From contig JASGDI010000051.1 of the NCBI GenBank assembly GCA_049841335.1, positions 11,201-75,200 on the forward strand: a stretch of 64,000 bases of DNA, written 5' to 3'. Position 1 is the stretch's first letter, and the number at the start of each line of letters is the position of its first letter. Both the position numbers and the translations under genes were made by a program. A model generated the notes under the pieces. The model saw nothing but the letters and a program-made list of their open reading frames with translations. It searched no databases and was not told the DNA's origin. Below are positions 46,293-54,472 of this stretch, piece by piece. The DNA comes from Niabella sp. (GTDB lineage: Bacteria; Bacteroidota; Bacteroidia; Chitinophagales; Chitinophagaceae).

Positions 46293-48545
46293 TTATTTCG
46301 GCAGATCTTCCGTATCATATCTTTCCACTGTTTCCACTCCATCCAGTTTCAGAACTCGTTCTACCAGTTCGTCCAGCTCCTCTTTATCATGCACAAATAC
46401 CTTTATATTGCCTTCAAACACCCCTTCAGTAGCCTCTATAGTAAGTGCTGCAATATTTATTTTAAGCTCACCCGAAATAAGATTGGTGATCCTGCTTACC
46501 ATGCCTACATCATCAATTCCCAAAATCTTAATACCGGTAAGAAAAGAGATCTCCTTGTTTTTAGCCCACTTGGTTTTTACAATCCGGTGCCCGTAATTGG
46601 CCATCAGCTTAGCAGCATTGGGGCAATTAGTGCGGTGTATAGTAAGTCCTTTACCGGTAGTGATAAACCCAAATACATCATCGCCTGGAATAGGTTTGCA
46701 GCAATGGGCCAGGTGGTACATTATTCTATCGCTGCTTTCTCCAAAAATAATCAGCTCGGCATCTTTGGCAGGTATATGATGATGCGCAGGGGCCGTTATG
46801 ATCTCGGATTTCTGCTCTGTAGCTTTTACAGGAGACGGAGCTTCCAGTCTGTCCCCAAAAACCTTAAATTCTTTAAGTTCCTTAAGGTCTATATTTTTAA
46901 TAGCTATTTGGTAAAACAGGTCAAGGTTGGAATTGAGTTTGTAAAACTGTGCAATGGCTTCAATATTACCCTGATACATGGTTACCCCCATGCCTTCCAG
47001 TTTACGTCTTAAGGTGTACTTGCCCTCATCTGCCACTTTTTTCTTTTCTTCTTTAAGGGCGTCCTTAACCTTGTTTTTGGCTTTGGGGGTAATAACAAAT
47101 TTGAGCCAGTCCTCCGATGGGGTTTGCTTGTTACTGGTGATAATTTCTATTTGATCCCCGCTGCTTAGCTTATGGCTCAGCGGTACCAGCTTATGGTTCA
47201 CCTTGGCGCCAATAGTTTTGGCACCAATAGCCGAGTGAATAGCAAAGGCAAAATCCAGGGCGCTGCTGCCGGCCGGCAACATTTTAATGTCGCCTTTAGG
47301 AGTGTACACATAAATTTCCTCGGTTAAAAAGCTGGTTTTAAAATCCTGCAAAAAGCTCACACTGTCAGGATCATCATTATTAAGCGTTTCTCGTATCTGC
47401 TGAAACCACTTATCAAAGCGGTTTTCGGCGGCCGTACCCTCTTTGTACTTCCAGTGTGCGGCAAGCCCTTTTTCTGCAATTTCATTCATCCGCCTGGTGC
47501 GGATCTGCACTTCTACCCATTTTCCGCGTGGCCCCATTACGGTTGTATGCAGCGCTTCGTATCCATTAGCTTTAGGGTTGCTTACCCAATCACGCAGGCG
47601 TTCAATGGAGGGGGTATATTCATCTGTGATCAGTGAATACACTTTCCAGCATTCTTCCTTTTCTTTTTCGGGCGGACTGTCCAAAATGATCCTGATAGCA
47701 AAAAGGTCGTACACCTCCTCAAACGCCACCTGCTTTTTTTTCATCTTATTCCAGATGGAATGAATGTTTTTGGGGCGTCCGTATATTTCAAAATTGAAGT
47801 CGTTTTTTTCCAGCTTCTCCCGGATAGGCTTGATAAATTCGTTGATGTAACGTGTTCTTTCCCTTTTTGAGTCTGCAAGGCGGCGGGCAATATCTTTATA
47901 AATATCCGGCTCCAGGTATTTCATGGCCAGGTCTTCAAACTCGGTCTTTATAGCGTACAGTCCCATGCGGTGCGCCAGGGGCGCAAATATGTACATGGTT
48001 TCGGAAGATATTTTCAGCTGTTTTTCCCGCTTCATACTGTCCAGTGTACGCATATTATTTAAGCGGTCGGCCAGCTTTATTAAAATCACCCTGGGGTCAT
48101 CTGTAAGCGTAAGCAGTATCTTTTTGAAATTTTCGGCCTGTTGGGAAGCGGTGGTGTCAATAACATTGGAGATCTTTGTTAATCCATCTACAATTCTTGA
48201 TATCTCTTCCCCAAACTCTTTTTCTATATCTTGCAGGGTAACATCTGTATCCTCAACCGTGTCGTGCAACAGGGCACAAATCGTGGAGCGCACACCCAGC
48301 CCTATTTCTTCCACACAAATTTTAGCAACAGCAATGGGATGTAAAATATAAGGTTCACCACTTTTGCGCCTCATGCTGCTGTGCGCCTCTGCAGCCATTT
48401 CAAAAGCGGCACGTATCAGATCTTTATCTCCCGGCTTCAGCTTGTCTTTCAAAAGCCTCATGAGAGAGCGGTACTCCCTTACTATTAGCTTTTTTTCCTC
48501 ATCCTCGTTTAAATTATATTTGGGTTTTTGCTCTATAGTCTTCAT
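46293..48545 (-). CDS. Bifunctional (p)ppGpp synthetase/hydrolase (RelA/SpoT homologue)
   Basis: A 750-aa protein with an HD hydrolase domain (HPIAVA...ALLHDTVEDT), a synthetase domain (YRPKNIHSIWNKM...GYEALHTTV), TGS, and a C-terminal ACT-like region. Confidence 0.9.
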   Translation of the reverse strand: MKTIEQKPKYNLNEDEEKKLIVREYRSLMRLLKDKLKPGDKDLIRAAFEMAAEAHSSMRRKSGEPYILHPIAVAKICVEEIGLGVRSTICALLHDTVEDTDVTLQDIEKEFGEEISRIVDGLTKISNVIDTTASQQAENFKKILLTLTDDPRVILIKLADRLNNMRTLDSMKREKQLKISSETMYIFAPLAHRMGLYAIKTEFEDLAMKYLEPDIYKDIARRLADSKRERTRYINEFIKPIREKLEKNDFNFEIYGRPKNIHSIWNKMKKKQVAFEEVYDLFAIRIILDSPPEKEKEECWKVYSLITDEYTPSIERLRDWVSNPKANGYEALHTTVMGPRGKWVEVQIRTRRMNEIAEKGLAAHWKYKEGTAAENRFDKWFQQIRETLNNDDPDSVSFLQDFKTSFLTEEIYVYTPKGDIKMLPAGSSALDFAFAIHSAIGAKTIGAKVNHKLVPLSHKLSSGDQIEIITSNKQTPSEDWLKFVITPKAKNKVKDALKEEKKKVADEGKYTLRRKLEGMGVTMYQGNIEAIAQFYKLNSNLDLFYQIAIKNIDLKELKEFKVFGDRLEAPSPVKATEQKSEIITAPAHHHIPAKDAELIIFGESSDRIMYHLAHCCKPIPGDDVFGFITTGKGLTIHRTNCPNAAKLMANYGHRIVKTKWAKNKEISFLTGIKILGIDDVGMVSRITNLISGELKINIAALTIEATEGVFEGNIKVFVHDKEELDELVERVLKLDGVETVERYDTEDLPK

Positions 48546-48865
48546 TATCAGCTTTCTTCGTCTATTGTAATTAGGATATTTTAGTAGTATGTACCTTTTA
48601 AATCATTTGTAACTGAAATATAAAAAAAATACTTGTTAAACTACAATAAAAATAGTTGAACACTAAATAAATTTGAAAACTGCATAAATATTTCGCGGTT
48701 TAGCTTGTTGATCAAAAACGCAATAGTGATAGCGGTGTTTTCACCTAAATAATTACGATGAAAAATTTTTTAAGCCCTTAATTTAAAGCGCCCAAGCCCC
48801 TTCCTTTAAAATTTCGCGGCCCTGTTAAATACAATTTTAAAAGTTGCAATATTAAAGAAAAGCCT

Positions 48866-48873
48866 TACTTTTG
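48866..48873 (+). promoter_or_regulatory. -7 box TActTTTG for tRNA-Leu (and possibly tig)
   Basis: tacttttg lies 38 nt upstream of the tRNA. The short leader contains the hairpin tccgat-gaaa-atcgga. Confidence 0.5.
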
Positions 48874-48911
48874 CAGCCCTTCCGATGAAAATCGGAGTCA
48901 AGTTCTTTTAT

Positions 48912-48993
48912 CCGGATGTGGTGAAATTGGTAGACACGTCAGACTTAGGATCTGATGCCGCAAGGTGTGGGGGTTCGAGTCCCTTCATCCGGA
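48912..48993 (+). tRNA. tRNA-Leu (anticodon UAG), class II with long variable arm
   Basis: I folded it by hand. The acceptor is CCGGATG/CATCCGG and the D-arm is GTG-AAATTGGTAGA-CAC. The anticodon stem is TCAGA/TCTGA with loop CTTAGGA. A 13-nt variable arm precedes T-arm GGGGG-TTCGAGT-CCCTT and discriminator A. Confidence 0.9.
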
Positions 48994-49000
48994 CTATTCT

Positions 49001-49072
49001 AAAGTTTAAGGTTAGATGTTTAACGTTTGAGGTTAACTTTTAAACCTTAAACTTTTAAACTTTTAAACTTTC
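49001..49072. repeat. Word-stutter element, family 2: 13-bp inverted repeat plus 3 x 8-nt tandem (yTTAAACT)
   Basis: The inverted repeat is aaagtttaaggtt(49001-13)/aaccttaaacttt(49043-55). The loop carries gtttaacgtttgaggtt (49018-34), which matches 15774-15790. The tandem cttaaact-tttaaact-tttaaact spans 49046-49069. Confidence 0.65.
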
Positions 49073-49074
49073 AC

Positions 49075-50475
49075 ATGGCTACAATTACTAAAGAACCGAT
49101 AGGCCAGCTACACGAAAAGATCAGTGTAAAGATCGACAAGGCCGATTATTTTCCCTCGTTTGAAAAATCTCTGAAAGAATACAGTAAAAAAGCAAGTATA
49201 CAGGGCTTCAGACCAGGTAAAGTACCTGCCGGTTTAATAAAGAAAATGTATGGCCCCTCTTTGTTTACAGATGAAGTGCTGAAATCGGTAGATAAAGAGC
49301 TGATCAACTACCTTCAGACTGAAAAAACAGAGATTTTTGCCCAGCCGCTTCCGGTAGAGACCGACCTGGCAAAACTGGATGTAAACAATCCCGCTGATTA
49401 TAGCTTCGATTTTGAAATTGGTCTAAAGCCTGAATTTACTTTAGCGGACCTGGCAAAAGCTGATATTACCGGCTACAATATTGATATTACTGATGAAATG
49501 ATCAATGAAGAAGTAGAACGGCTTCAAAACCGCTATGGTAATATGATTGATAAAGAGGCTGTGGATGGCGGCAATAACGTGATCAACCTGACTTTTACTG
49601 AGATTGACGCTTCTGGCAACATAGCAGAAGAAGGTATAAAAAAAGACAATTCTTTGCTGTTAAGCTATTTTGCTGAAAAAGTTCAAAAAGAACTGAATGG
49701 TAAAAAAGCCGGAGACAACATCAATATTACCTTAGGTGACGCTTTTGAAGATAAAGAGCTGGAGTTCATTGCTTCAGACCTGGGGCTAAGTAAAGACAGC
49801 GAAGCGGACAAAAAGAAAACTTTTAAATTAGAGATCACTAAAGTTTCGGAACTGGAAAAACGCGAGCTGAATGAAGAGTTTTTCAACCAGCTTTTCCCCG
49901 GAGGCGATGTAAAAACGGAAGAGGAGTTTCGCGCTAAAACTAAAGATCAGATCTTTGAATACTGGGCGTCACAAAGCCGCAACCAGGTACAGGACCTGGT
50001 TTTTCACCAATTAGTAGATAATACCACTATCGAATTCCCTGAAACTTTCCTTCGCAAATGGCTGGTAACCCAAAATGCAAATCCTGAAGCCGGTCAGCCT
50101 GCAAAAACCGAAGAGCAGATTGACAGCGAAATGCCTACCTTCCTGAACCAGTTAAAATGGACTTTGATATCAGAAAAGATAGTAAAAGACCAAAACATTG
50201 AGGTAACACCAGATGAGCTAAGGGCTTTTGCCCAGGCACAGTTGTTCAGCTATATGGGTGGCATGATGCCTGAAAACGAAGAGCAGCCCTGGATAAGAGA
50301 TTATATTGACAGGATGATGAAAGACCGCAAATATGTGGAAGATGCTTATGGCCGCATCCAGTCCCAAAAAGTGTTTGAGTGGGCTGCAACACAAATTAAG
50401 CCTGTAGCCAAACAAATAAGCGCTGAAGACTTTACCAAAATGGTAAACGAGCATCAGCATACCCATCATCATTAA
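49075..50475 (+). CDS. tig: Trigger factor
   Basis: A 466-aa protein. The N-terminal ribosome-binding region has IQGFRPGKVPAGLIKKMYG. The C-terminus ends in a His-rich tail (HQHTHHH). Confidence 0.9.
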   Translation: MATITKEPIGQLHEKISVKIDKADYFPSFEKSLKEYSKKASIQGFRPGKVPAGLIKKMYGPSLFTDEVLKSVDKELINYLQTEKTEIFAQPLPVETDLAKLDVNNPADYSFDFEIGLKPEFTLADLAKADITGYNIDITDEMINEEVERLQNRYGNMIDKEAVDGGNNVINLTFTEIDASGNIAEEGIKKDNSLLLSYFAEKVQKELNGKKAGDNINITLGDAFEDKELEFIASDLGLSKDSEADKKKTFKLEITKVSELEKRELNEEFFNQLFPGGDVKTEEEFRAKTKDQIFEYWASQSRNQVQDLVFHQLVDNTTIEFPETFLRKWLVTQNANPEAGQPAKTEEQIDSEMPTFLNQLKWTLISEKIVKDQNIEVTPDELRAFAQAQLFSYMGGMMPENEEQPWIRDYIDRMMKDRKYVEDAYGRIQSQKVFEWAATQIKPVAKQISAEDFTKMVNEHQHTHHH

Positions 50476-50503
50476 TTAAAACAGAAAAGTAATAGAAAAT
50501 ATA

Positions 50504-50532
50504 AAAATGGCACGTTAAACGTGCCATTTTTT
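50504..50532 (+). terminator. Rho-independent terminator after tig
   Basis: The stem is aaaatggcacgt/acgtgccatttt, followed by ttttg. Confidence 0.7.
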
Positions 50533-50673
50533 GTTAGAAAAAGTTTACATCTCTTTCTAATATTTCAACTTGTCAACTTTTAAACGCATAAATCAGCCAA
50601 CCTGTCACCCATTTTTTATGTTTTTGTAAATGGACAGAAATTTGTACGTTTACCCCAATATCAATTTTACTAT

Positions 50674-51357
50674 ATGACATATAATTCCGAGTTTGAAAAA
50701 TATGCTGTTAAGCACATGGGTATTTCGAGCAATACCCTCCATAGCTATGGCAATCACCTGGTAACGGCGCTTACGCCCAACATTATAGAAGAGCGCCCTA
50801 TGAACGTAGCCGTAATGGACGTGTATAGCCGCCTGATGATGGACCGTATCATTTTCCTGGGTTATCCCGTAACTGATGAAGTAGCCAATATCATTACTGC
50901 GCAGCTGCTGTTTTTAGACAGTACAGACCGTATGCGCGATATCAACATGTACATCAACAGTCCCGGAGGCAGCGTGTATGCAGGACTAGGTGTTTACGAC
51001 ACCATGCAGTATGTAAGCCCCGATATTGCTACCATTTGTATAGGTATGGCAGCTTCAATGGCCTGTGTGCTGCTGGCAGCCGGCACTAACGGTAAACGTG
51101 CCGCTTTAAAGCATTCACGCATTATGATGCACCAGCCAAGCGGTGCCATAGGCGGACAGGCAAGCGATATAGAAATTACCGTAAACGAGATCCGGAAATT
51201 AAAAACCGATTTATACGAAATTGTAAACGAGCATACGGGTAAGCCCATTGAGCAGATTGAAAAGGACTTTGAACGCGATAAATGGATGACCGCACCGGAA
51301 GCAAAAGAGTATGGCATTGTAGATGAAGTGCTTTTGCTGAGCAAAAAGAAGAGCTAA
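50674..51357 (+). CDS. clpP: ATP-dependent Clp protease proteolytic subunit
   Basis: It has the Bacteroidota-type N-terminus (...IIEERPMNVAVMDVYSRLMMDRIIFLG). The triad context is intact: GMAASMA (Ser), MMHQPSG (His), ERDKWM (Asp). Confidence 0.9.
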   Translation: MTYNSEFEKYAVKHMGISSNTLHSYGNHLVTALTPNIIEERPMNVAVMDVYSRLMMDRIIFLGYPVTDEVANIITAQLLFLDSTDRMRDINMYINSPGGSVYAGLGVYDTMQYVSPDIATICIGMAASMACVLLAAGTNGKRAALKHSRIMMHQPSGAIGGQASDIEITVNEIRKLKTDLYEIVNEHTGKPIEQIEKDFERDKWMTAPEAKEYGIVDEVLLLSKKKS

Positions 51358-51398
51358 AAGCGCAAGGCAAAACGCTTTACGCTTCTGGCATTCAGCTT

Positions 51399-52091
51399 AT
51401 GGCAAAAACCAAACTTCAAAAATTTAATCAAAATAAAATGAACTTCTCAAAAATATACAACAACAAGTGGCAAAGCCCCATCGTAAATGATGATGAGGGT
51501 GATGATGAAGCAAAAGAACCACAGGATAAGCGCGATGAGCTGATGATGCTCAATAAGCGCCTGGAGAAAATGTTCTTTGAAAAACGCGCCGTTTATTTAT
51601 GGGGTGTGGTAGATGATAAAAGCGCCCGAGAGGTTACCACCAAGCTTTTATTATTAGAAGCTGATAAACCCGGTGAACCCATCCAATTTTACATTAACAG
51701 TCCGGGAGGCGTGGTTACCAGCGGCATGGTTATTTATGATACCATGAAAATGATCAGCAGCCCGGTACATACCATTTGTATGGGGCTGGCCGCCTCAATG
51801 GGCAGTATCTTATTAAGCGGCGGAGAAAAAGGGCACCGGTATATTTATCCGCACGGAGAAGTAATGATCCACCAGCCTTCCCTTGGCGGATTTATACGCG
51901 GCGTAAGTTCTGATCTTGAGATACAGGCCCGGCAAACCCAGCGGGTAAAGCATATAGGCGCTAAAATACTGGCAGAGAACTGTGGTAAGACCATTGATGA
52001 TATTATGCGCGACTTTGACCGTGATTACTGGATGGACGCAGAAGAAGCCATTAAATATGGAATAGCAGATAAGGTTGTAGAAAAATTATAA
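51399..52091 (+). CDS. Second ClpP-family subunit with about 55-aa acidic N-terminal extension
   Basis: It has the core INSPGGVVTSGMVIYDTM. Triad contexts are GLAASMGS (Ser), MIHQPS (His) and DRDYWM (Asp). The N-terminus reads ...IVNDDEGDDEAKEPQDKRDELMMLNKRLEKMFFEKR. Confidence 0.8.
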   Translation: MAKTKLQKFNQNKMNFSKIYNNKWQSPIVNDDEGDDEAKEPQDKRDELMMLNKRLEKMFFEKRAVYLWGVVDDKSAREVTTKLLLLEADKPGEPIQFYINSPGGVVTSGMVIYDTMKMISSPVHTICMGLAASMGSILLSGGEKGHRYIYPHGEVMIHQPSLGGFIRGVSSDLEIQARQTQRVKHIGAKILAENCGKTIDDIMRDFDRDYWMDAEEAIKYGIADKVVEKL

Positions 52092-52222
52092 CTTCAATAA
52101 CAAAAGAATAAGTTGTATTCTTATACAACAAATTCATTTTCATCTGTTTATAAAACAAGATCAAAGTAGTTGCATTTTATATATACTTTTTAAAAAAGCC
52201 ACCTGTTAAGAGTGGTTTTTTT

Positions 52223-52230
52223 TAACTTTG
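52223..52230 (+). promoter_or_regulatory. -7 box TAacTTTG for clpX
   Basis: taactttg lies 10 nt upstream of the ATG at 52241. It is preceded by a weak hairpin, gccac..gtggt, and a T-run. Confidence 0.45.
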
Positions 52231-52240
52231 CAAACATATT

Positions 52241-53509
52241 ATGAAGGAAAAAATATCAGGGTCTGTTTTACATTGTTCATTTTGTGGCCGTAGCCGTGAA
52301 GAAGTAGAAATACTTATAGCAGGGCAGGATGGTCATATTTGTGAAAACTGTGTAGAGCATGCCCAGGAAATTATAGACCAGGAATTACATCTCAGGGAAA
52401 GCAGTTCCGGCAAAGTGCAGGGCAGCTTCTCGCTCAATGTGAAAAAGCCAATGGAAATCAAGGCCTTTCTTGATGATTATGTTATCGGACAGGATGATGC
52501 CAAGAAAGTATTAGCCGTTGCAGTGTATAATCACTACAAAAGATTAAAGCAAAAAAGCGGCCGTGAAATAGACCCTCATAATGAAATAGAAATAGAAAAG
52601 AGCAATATTGTAATGGTAGGTGAAACCGGCACAGGAAAAACACTTTTAGCCCGTAGTATTGCCAAAACTTTAAATGTTCCTTTTGCCATTGTTGATGCTA
52701 CGGTATTTACAGAAGCCGGTTATGTGGGTGAAGATGTGGAAAGCATCCTTACCCGTCTTTTGCAGGTTTGTAATTACGATGTAGAGGCAGCTGAGCGCGG
52801 TATTGTTTATATTGACGAAATAGATAAAGTAGCCCGTAAAAGCGATAACCCGAGTATTACCAGAGATGTAAGCGGAGAAGGGGTTCAGCAGGGTTTGCTG
52901 AAATTGCTGGAAGGCACTGATGTGCTGGTACCGCCACAGGGAGGCAGAAAACACCCGGACCAGAAGCTGGTAAAAATAAACACGCAAAACATTTTATTTA
53001 TCTGCGGTGGTGCTTTTGATGGGGTAGATAAAATTATCGGCCGCCGGGTACAAACAAATACCATTGGCTTCAACGTTGATAAAGCCCAGCAGGAAGATAT
53101 GAAAAAGAACCTGTTGAAGTTTGTAAATGCCCAGGACCTGAAAGCCTTTGGGCTTATTCCCGAGCTGCTGGGAAGGCTGCCGGTGGTAACACATCTTGAG
53201 CCCCTGGATGCAGCCACACTGCGCGATATCCTTACAGAACCAAAGAATGCTTTAATAAAGCAGTATAAAAAACTGTTTGAGCTGGAAGGCATAGAATTAA
53301 AAGTAGAGAAAGAGGTATATGATTACATGGTGCAAAAGGCAATGGAATACAAACTGGGAGCAAGAGGCCTGCGCAGCATCTGCGAAAGTATTTTAACCGA
53401 TGCTATGTATGAGCTGCCCTCATCTAAAGAAAAAACCTTTACGCTTACCAAAGATTACGCAGAGCGTAAATTCAGCAAAAGCAAAATGGGGTTAGTGAAA
53501 GCGGCGTAG
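52241..53509 (+). CDS. clpX: ATP-dependent Clp protease ATP-binding subunit ClpX
   Basis: It has the zinc-binding domain [26 protein letters not shown], Walker A GETGTGKT, Walker B VYIDEIDK, and the IGF-type loop region. Confidence 0.95.
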   Translation: MKEKISGSVLHCSFCGRSREEVEILIAGQDGHICENCVEHAQEIIDQELHLRESSSGKVQGSFSLNVKKPMEIKAFLDDYVIGQDDAKKVLAVAVYNHYKRLKQKSGREIDPHNEIEIEKSNIVMVGETGTGKTLLARSIAKTLNVPFAIVDATVFTEAGYVGEDVESILTRLLQVCNYDVEAAERGIVYIDEIDKVARKSDNPSITRDVSGEGVQQGLLKLLEGTDVLVPPQGGRKHPDQKLVKINTQNILFICGGAFDGVDKIIGRRVQTNTIGFNVDKAQQEDMKKNLLKFVNAQDLKAFGLIPELLGRLPVVTHLEPLDAATLRDILTEPKNALIKQYKKLFELEGIELKVEKEVYDYMVQKAMEYKLGARGLRSICESILTDAMYELPSSKEKTFTLTKDYAERKFSKSKMGLVKAA

Positions 53510-53514
53510 TTTAA

Positions 53515-53552
53515 AGTCTGGAGACCGGAAGTCCGGGGTCAGAAGACCTGGC
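53515..53552. repeat. Word-stutter intergenic element, family 1 copy
   Basis: The sequence is gtctggagaccggaagtccggggtcagaagacctgg. It shares 10-mers with 14177-14207 (reverse complement) and a 13-mer with 21515-21527. Confidence 0.6.
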
Positions 53553-53632
53553 AAGTATCAGGCAGGCAGTAAAGATTTAAAAATCAGCTGTCCTCTATGA
53601 ACCATAAACTATTAACCATCAACAATAAAAAC

Positions 53633-53779
53633 ATGAATGAATTAGTAGAAAAATTAAAAGCAGAAGCAGGTCTTACCGAAGAACAGGCCGCTAAGGCTTT
53701 GGAAGCAATTAAAAATTATGTAGTGGAGAAGTTCCCCATGCTGGAAGGAGCAGTAGGCAACCTTTTTGGGAACTCCTAA
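53633..53779 (+). CDS. Small hypothetical protein (48 aa from the internal ATG)
   Basis: The translation is MNELVEKLKAEAGLTEEQAAKALEAIKNYVVEKFPMLEGAVGNLFGNS. It has its own terminator downstream. I recognise no domain. Confidence 0.4.
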   Translation: MNELVEKLKAEAGLTEEQAAKALEAIKNYVVEKFPMLEGAVGNLFGNS

Positions 53780-53802
53780 TAAAAAAATTATTTATTTTTA
53801 TT

Positions 53803-53838
53803 AAGCAGGCCTTCAAGGGCTTGCTTTTTTTATTTTTT
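53803..53838 (+). terminator. Rho-independent terminator
   Basis: The stem is aagcaggcc(53803-11)/ggcttgctt(53818-26), followed by tttttattttttg. Confidence 0.6.
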
Positions 53839-53847
53839 GACAGCACC

Positions 53848-54456
53848 ATGTACAATTCCAAAGTAGATGACTATATATCCAAAGCAGCTGATTTTGCCCA
53901 ACCCATCCTGGAGCATTTTCGCGCAACTGTTCACAACGCCGCACCAGGCATAACAGAATCTATAAAATGGGGCGTACCCTCCTTTGAGTATAAAAATAAA
54001 ATAATGTGCAGCCTGGCCGCATTCAAAAACCACTGTGCCATAAATTTCTGGTCCGGTTCACAAATTACAAGCTTAAAGCCTTACCTGGCTCCTTCTGCTG
54101 AAGGAGCCTCCGACTTTGGAAGGATAGGAAATATTAAATCCCTTAAAGATTTACCCAAAGACCTGGCAGCTATAGTCAAAGAGGCAATGGCTTTAATAGA
54201 TGAAGGGATAACCGTAAAGCGCATACCTGCAAAGAACTCTGCAACGCTTCCCATACCGGATGCACTTGCAAAAGTGCTTGCAAAAAACAAAAAAGCAAAA
54301 GCAGCATTCGAAAAACTGGCACCTTCCCATCGCAAAGAATATATACAATGGATCAATGAAGCCAAAACAGAAGCCACACGGGATAAAAGAATAGCCACCA
54401 CAATAGAATGGGCAACAGAAGGAAAAGGAAAGAACTGGAAATATGAAAAAAGATAA
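53848..54456 (+). CDS. DUF1801 / YdeI-like two-domain protein
   Basis: I prefer the ATG at 53848, after the terminator (MYNSKVDDYISKA...). The N-terminal part has IKWGVPSFEYKNKIMCSLAAFKNHCAINFW. The C-terminal part, SHRKEYIQWINEAKTEATRDKRI, is typical of YdeI. Confidence 0.65.
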   Translation: MYNSKVDDYISKAADFAQPILEHFRATVHNAAPGITESIKWGVPSFEYKNKIMCSLAAFKNHCAINFWSGSQITSLKPYLAPSAEGASDFGRIGNIKSLKDLPKDLAAIVKEAMALIDEGITVKRIPAKNSATLPIPDALAKVLAKNKKAKAAFEKLAPSHRKEYIQWINEAKTEATRDKRIATTIEWATEGKGKNWKYEKR

Positions 54457-54472
54457 TCAACGATAAGGGGGC

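Noticed and set aside
46254-47012. 252-aa + strand ORF
   Set aside because: It lies entirely antisense to the well-supported RelA/SpoT gene. It is F/I/Y-rich and low in complexity, with no motif. It is a shadow ORF.
49046-49069. Tandem repeats considered as a CRISPR or minisatellite array
   Set aside because: There are only three 8-nt units with no spacers, which is far too short for CRISPR. I treated them as part of the family-2 intergenic element.
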